A stretch of DNA of 24,717 nucleotides from Tubiluchus corallicola (taxonomy: Eukaryota; Animalia; Priapulida), in the NCBI GenBank assembly GCA_030141605.1, contig JAQGDQ010001013.1, positions 1 through 24,717 of the forward strand. The letters are read 5' to 3'. The notes beneath the pieces are model-generated. The model had not been told where the DNA came from and did no database searches. It worked only from the letters and a program-made list of their open reading frames with translations. Shown here piece after piece: positions 1 through 24,717 of the stretch; within the stretch, counting starts at the first letter, position 1, and each line of letters starts with the position of its first letter. A program made the translations under genes and the position numbers.

Positions 1-615
1 CTTTTAACAAGATTCTTATATGAGATTTGGTTAATACAGGAAACCTTCTCATCTTGTACACTGTCGACAAAGGTTGCACCTATTGGTTTAAATGTCTTCT
101 GTAGTTTCGTAGAACACGATTATTAAATTACAGTACTGAACAGACAGAATTTGCATTTTTCATTTTAACAAGATTCTTATATGAGATTTGGTTAATACAG
201 GAAACCTTTTCCTCTTGTACACTGTCAACAAAGGTTGCACCTATTGGTTCAAATGTCTTCTGCAGTTTCACCGAACATTATTATTGAATTACAGTACTGA
301 ACAGACAGAATTTGCATTTTTCATTTTAACAAGATTCTTATATGAGATTTGGTTAATACAGGAAACCTTTTCCTCTTGTACACTGTCAACAAAGGTTGCA
401 TTGCACCTATTGGTTCAAATGTCTTCTGTAGTTTCACTGAACATTATTATTGAATTACAGTACTGAACAGACAGAATTTGCATTTTTCATTTTAACAAGA
501 TTCTTATATGAGATTTGGTTAATACAGGAAACCTTTTCCTCTTGTACACTGTCGACAAAGGTTGCACCTATTGGTTCAAATGTCTTCTGTAGTTTCACAG
601 AACATTATTATTGAA

Positions 616-19032
<18,417 letters not shown>

Positions 19033-19059
19033 CTGTGTGCACAACAAAATATGAAAATT

Positions 19060-20490
19060 GAAAATAAATTACATAAACAAGTGGAATAGAATAACACTGC
19101 TGCATTGTGATCACTCTTTGAATAAGACTGCTGCATTGTGATCACAATATATAAACAAGTTTGAAAATGTGTACGACCTGCATAAGCAACTAAGTAGAAT
19201 AACACTGTTGCATTGTGATCACAATATATAAACAAGTTTGAAAATGTGTACGCCTTGCATAAGCAACTAAGTAGAATAACACTGCTGCATTGTGATCACA
19301 ACATATAAACAAGAAATTCTGAAAATGTGTACGCCCTGCATAAGCAACTAAGTAGAATAACACTGTTGCATTGTGATCACAACGTATAAACAAGAAAGTC
19401 TGAAAATGTGTACGCCCTGCATAAGCAACTAAGTAGAATAACACTGTTGCATTGTGATCACAATATATAAACAAGAAAGTTTGAAAATGTGTACGACCTG
19501 CATAAGCAACTAAGTAGAATAACACTGTTGCATTGTGATCACCATATATAAACAAGTTTGAAAATGTGTACGACCTGCATAAGCAACTAAGTAGAATAAC
19601 ACTGTTGCATTGTGATCACAATATATAAACAAGTTTGAAAATGTGTACGACCTGCATAAGCAACTAAGTAGAATAACACTGTTGCATTGTGATCACCATA
19701 TATAAACAAGTTTGAAAATGTGTACGACCTGCATAAGCAACTAAGTAGAATAACACTGTTGCATTGTGATCACAATATATAAACAAGAAAGTTTGAAAAT
19801 GTGTACGCCCTGCATAAGCAACTAAGTAGAATAACACTGTTGCATTGTGATCACAATATATAAACAAGTTTGAAAATGTGTACGACCTGCATAAGCAACT
19901 AAGTAGAATAACACTGTTGCATTGTGATCACAATATATAAACAAGAAAGTTTGAAAATGTGTACGCCCTGCATAAGCAACTAAGTAGAATAACACTGTTG
20001 CATTGTGATCACAATATATAAACAAGTTTGAAAATGTGTACGACCTGCATAAGCAACTAAGTAGAATAACACTGTTGCATTGTGATCACCATATATAAAC
20101 AAGTTTGAAAATGTGTACGACCTGCATAAGCAACTAAGTAGAATAACACTGTTGCATTGTGATCACAATATATAAACAAGTTTGAAAATGTGTACGACCT
20201 GCATAAGCAACTAAGTAGAATAACACTGTTGCATTGTGATCACAATATATAAACAAGAAAGTTTGAAAATGTGTACGACCTGCATAAGCAACTAAGTAGA
20301 ATAACACTGTTGCATTGTGATCACAATATGAACACAAGAAAGTTTGAAAATGTGTACGACCAGCACAAGCCAAGCTGCATAGAATGACACTGCTGCATTG
20401 TGATCACAATATGCACAACAGATAGTTTGAAAATGCCTACAACCTGCATAAGCAAGTTTCGTAGAATAACACAGCTGTACTGTGTTCACA
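19060..20490. repeat. Satellite A: 77/81-bp array (~17-18 units) derived from the 5' end of exon A
   Basis: Spacing 77 or 81 (4-bp aaag indel). Minus-strand 'gtgatcacaatgcaacagtgttattctac' matches exon A 'GGTGATCACAATGCACCAGTGTTATTCTAC'. Confidence 0.93.
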
Positions 20491-20700
20491 CGACGATTAT
20501 AAGTTTAAAATTAATAAATTATTGTGTACTTAAACTTAATTACATAAATGGTTAAACTAGACATTCTATAATTTTGATATTAGCAACATAGATTTAAATG
20601 CCAAGCATGTCCAAAGAGAGATATGTATCGAAGTGTACTTGGCTGTTGCCCAGGTGCTGTGAATAAATCGAAAGCAGTTTTTCTACTGTAAAACGTGGCA

Positions 20701-22269
20701 GCCATTGTTTGCCACACAACTGACCATAGATTTTGCATTACAACATGGCACCCATTGTTTGCCACACAACTGACCATAGATTTTGCATTACATCGTGGCA
20801 CCCATTGTTTGCCACACAACTAACCATAGATTTTGCATTACAACATGGCACCCATTGTTTGCCACACAACTGACCATAGATTTGGCATTACAACATGGCA
20901 CCCATTGTTTGCCACACAACTGGCCATAGATTTTGCATTACAACATGGCACCCATTGTTTGCCACACAACTAACCATAGATTTTGCATTACAACATGGCA
21001 CCCATTGTTTGCCACACAACTGACCATAGATTTTGCATTACAACATGGCACCCATTGTTTGCCACACAACGGACCATAGATTTTGCATTACAACATGGCT
21101 CCCATTGTTTGCTATACAACTGACCATAGATTTTGCATTACAACATGGCACCCATTGTTTGCCACACAACTGACCATAGATTTTGCATTACAACATGGCA
21201 CCCATTGTTTGCCACACAACTGACCATAGATTTTGCATTACATCGTGGCACCCATTGTTTGCCACACAACTAACCATAGATTTTGCATTACAACATGGCA
21301 CCCATTGTTTGCCACACAACTGACCATAGATTTTGCATTACAACATGGCACCCATTGTTTGCCACACAACTGACCATAGATTTTGCATTACAACATGGCA
21401 CCCATTGTTTGCCACACAACTGACCATAGATTTTGCATTACAACATGGCACCCATTGTTTGCTATACAACTAACCACAGATTTTGCATTACAACATGGCT
21501 CCCATTGTTTGCTATACAACTGACAACAGATTTTGCATTACATCGTGGCACGCATTGTTTGCTATACAACTAACCACAGATTTTGCATTACAACATGGCA
21601 CCCATTGTTTGCTATACAACTAACCACAGATTTTGCATTACATCATGGCACCCATTGTTTGCTATACAACTAACCACAGATTTTGCATTACATCATGGCA
21701 CCCATTGTTTGCCATACAACTGACCACAGATTTTGCATTACAACATGGCACCCATTGTTTGCCACACAACTAACCACAGATTTTGCATTACATCGTGGCA
21801 CCCATTGTTTGCTATACAACTAACCACAGATTTTGCATTACAACATGGCACCCATTGTTTGCTATACAACTAACCACAGATTTTGCATTACAACATGGCA
21901 CCCATTGTTTGCCACACAACTAACCATAGATTTTGCATTACAACATGGCACCCACTGTTTGCCACATAACTGACCGTGGAATTTGCTTTACAACATGGCA
22001 CCCATTGTTTGCCACACAACTAACCATAGATTTTGCATTACAACATGGCTCCCATTGTTTGCTATACAACTGACCATAGATTTTGTATTACAACATGGCT
22101 CCCATTGTTTGCCATACAACTAACCATAGATTTTGCATTACACTATGGCTCCCATTGTTTGCTATACAACTGATCATAGATTTTGCATTACAACATGGCA
22201 CCCATTGTTTGCTATACAACTAACCATAGATTTTGTATTACAACATGGCACCCATTGTTTGCTATACAG
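20701..22269. repeat. Satellite B: 50-bp array (~31 units)
   Basis: cccattgtttgccacacaactgaccatagattttgcattacaacatggca at 50-bp periodicity. Confidence 0.95.
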
Positions 22270-23340
22270 CTAAGTAGAATAACACTGCTGCATTGTGATC
22301 ACAATATATAAACAAGTTTGAAAATGTGTACGACCTGCATAAGCAACTAAGTAGAATAACACTGTTGCATTGTGATCACAATATATAAACAAGAAAGTTT
22401 GAAAATGTGTACGACCTGCATAAGCAACTAAGTAGAATAACACTGTTGCATTGTGATCACAATATATAAAGAAGAAAGTTTGAAAATGTGTACGACCTGC
22501 ATAAGCAACTAAGTAGAATAACACTGCTGCATTGTGATCACAACATATAAACAAGAAAGTCTGAAAATGTGTACGACCTGCATAAGCAACTAAGTAGAAT
22601 AACACTGTTGCATTGTGATCACAATATATAAAGAAGAAAGTTTGAAAATGTGTACGACCTGCATAAGCAACTAAGTAGAATAACACTGTTGCATTGTGAT
22701 CACCATATATAAACAAGAAAGTTTGAAAATGTGTACGCCCTGCATAAGCAACTAAGTAGAATAACACTGTTGCATTGTGATCACAATATATAAACAAGTC
22801 TGAAAATGTGTACGACCTGCATAAGCAACTAAGTAGAATAACACTGTTGCATTGTGATCACAATATATAAACAAGAAAGTTTGAAAATGTGTACGCCCTG
22901 CATAAGCAACTAAGTAGAATAACACTGTTGCATTGTGATCACAATATATAAACAAGTTTGAAAATGTGTACGACCTGCATAAGCAACTAAGTAGAATAAC
23001 ACTGTTGCATTGTGATCACAATATATAAACAAGTTTGAAAATGTGTACGACCTGCATAAGCAACTAAGTAGAATAACACTGTTGCATTGTGATCACAATA
23101 TATAAACAAGAAAGTTTGAAAATGTGTAAGACCTGCATAAGCAACTAAGTAGAATAACACTGTTGCATTGTGATCACAATATATAAACAAGTTTGAAAAT
23201 GTGTACAACCAGCACAAGCCAAGCTGCATAGAATGACATTGCTGCATTGTGATCACAATATGCACAACAGATAGTTTGAAAATGCCTACAACCTGCATAA
23301 GCAAGTTTCGTAGAATAACACAGCTGTACTGTGTTCACAC
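22270..23340. repeat. Satellite A, second block (~13-14 units)
   Basis: Same 77/81-bp unit and the same two diverged terminal units as the first block. Confidence 0.95.
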
Positions 23341-23549
23341 GAGGATTATAAGTTTAAAATTAATAAATTATTGTGTACTTAAACTTAATTACATAAATGG
23401 TTAAACTAGACATTCTATAATTTTGATATTAGCAACATAGATTTAAATGCCAAGCATGTCCAAAGAGAGATATGTATCGAAGTGTACTTGGCTGTTGCCC
23501 AGGTGCTGTGAATAAATCGAAAGCAGTTTTTCTACTGTAAAACGTGGCA

Positions 23550-24717
23550 GCCATTGTTTGCCACACAACTGACCATAGATTTTGCATTACAACATGGCAC
23601 CCATTGTTTGCTATACAACTAACCATAGATTTTGCATTACAACATGGCTCCCATTGTTTGCCATACAACTGACCGTGGAATTTGTATTACAACATGGCAC
23701 CCATTGTTTGCTATACAACTGACCATAGATTTTGCATTACAACATGGCACCCATTGTTTGCTATACAACTGACCATCGATTTTGCATTACAACATGTCAC
23801 CCATTGTTTGCCACACAACTGACTGTGGAATTTGCATTACAACATGGCTCCCATTGTTTGCCACACAACTGACTGTGGAATTTGCATTACAACATGGCTC
23901 CCATTGTTTGCTATATAACTGACCATAGATTTTGCATTACAACATGGCACCCATTGTTTGCCACACAACTGACTGTGGAATTTGCATTACAACATGGCTC
24001 CCATTGTTTGCTATACAACTGACTGTGGAATTTGCATTACAACATGGCTCCCATTGTTTGCCACACAACTGACTGTGGAATTTGCATTACAACATGGCAC
24101 CCATTGTTTGCTACACAACTGACCATAGATTTTGCATTACAACATGGCACCCATTGTTTGCCACACAACTGACCATAGATTTTGCATTACAACATGGCTC
24201 CCATTGTTTGCCATACAACTGACCATAGATTTTGCATTACAACATGGCTCCCATTGTTTGCTATACAACTGACCATAGATTTTGCATTACAACATGGCAC
24301 CCATTGTTTGCTACACAACTAACCATAGATTTTGCATTACATCATGGCACCCATTGTTTGCCATACAACTAACCATAGATTTTGCATTACAACATGGCTC
24401 CCATTGTTTGCCATACAACTGACCATAGATTTTGCATTACAACATGGCTCCCATTGTTTGCCATACAACTAACCATAGATTTTGCATTACAACATGGCAG
24501 CCATTGTTTGCCATACAACTGACCATAGATTTTGCATTACAACATGGCTCCCATTGTTTGCTATACAACTGACCATAGATTTTGCATTACAACATGGCAC
24601 CCATTGTTTGCTACACAACTGACCATAGATTTTGCATTACATCATGGCACCCATTGTTTGCCATACAACTAACCATAGATTTTGCATTACAACATGGCTC
24701 CCATTGTTTGCCATACA
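23550..24717. repeat. Satellite B, second block (>=23 units, runs off the window)
   Basis: Same 50-bp unit, preceded by a spacer (~23340-23549) nearly identical to ~20490-20700. Confidence 0.95.

Noticed and set aside
20490-20700. Duplicated spacer as an upstream coding exon (ORFs 20580..20819 and 23429..23668)
   Set aside because: No convincing acceptor/donor pair giving a phase-0 ankyrin-like exon; the ORFs start inside satellite B.
19190-23304. Repetitive 'YCDHNATVLFYLVAYAGRTHFQT' ORFs as an independent gene
   Set aside because: Translations of satellite A, frameshifted at every 77-bp unit; the similarity is explained by derivation from exon A.

Overview
AT-rich, repeat-dense animal (invertebrate-like) genomic DNA, not prokaryotic. 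Most ORFs in the supplied track are artefacts of repeats. Reading the minus strand by hand gives a spliced gene: 10 exons (19032->616), nine canonical GT-AG introns all in phase 0, and 420 contiguous stop-free codons. They encode the C-terminal part of an ankyrin-repeat protein ending in a basic stretch plus CaaX box (…KTKKGNSSCSVL*). The 5' end lies beyond the window. The most unusual feature is that several minisatellite arrays are amplified copies of this gene's own exon boundaries: a 72-bp x22 array and a 44/46-bp x4 array copy the two GTACTG donors, a 77/81-bp array derives from an exon 5' end, and a 161-bp array copies the CaaX-encoding tail, mostly still in frame behind a phase-0 CAG. 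The introns also hold a full-length 5S rRNA-headed SINE-like element with a 10-bp TSD nested in another SINE, a hAT remnant with a 5-bp TSD, other MITEs whose ends seeded arrays, and a ~2.85-kb higher-order satellite duplication joined at a microhomology.
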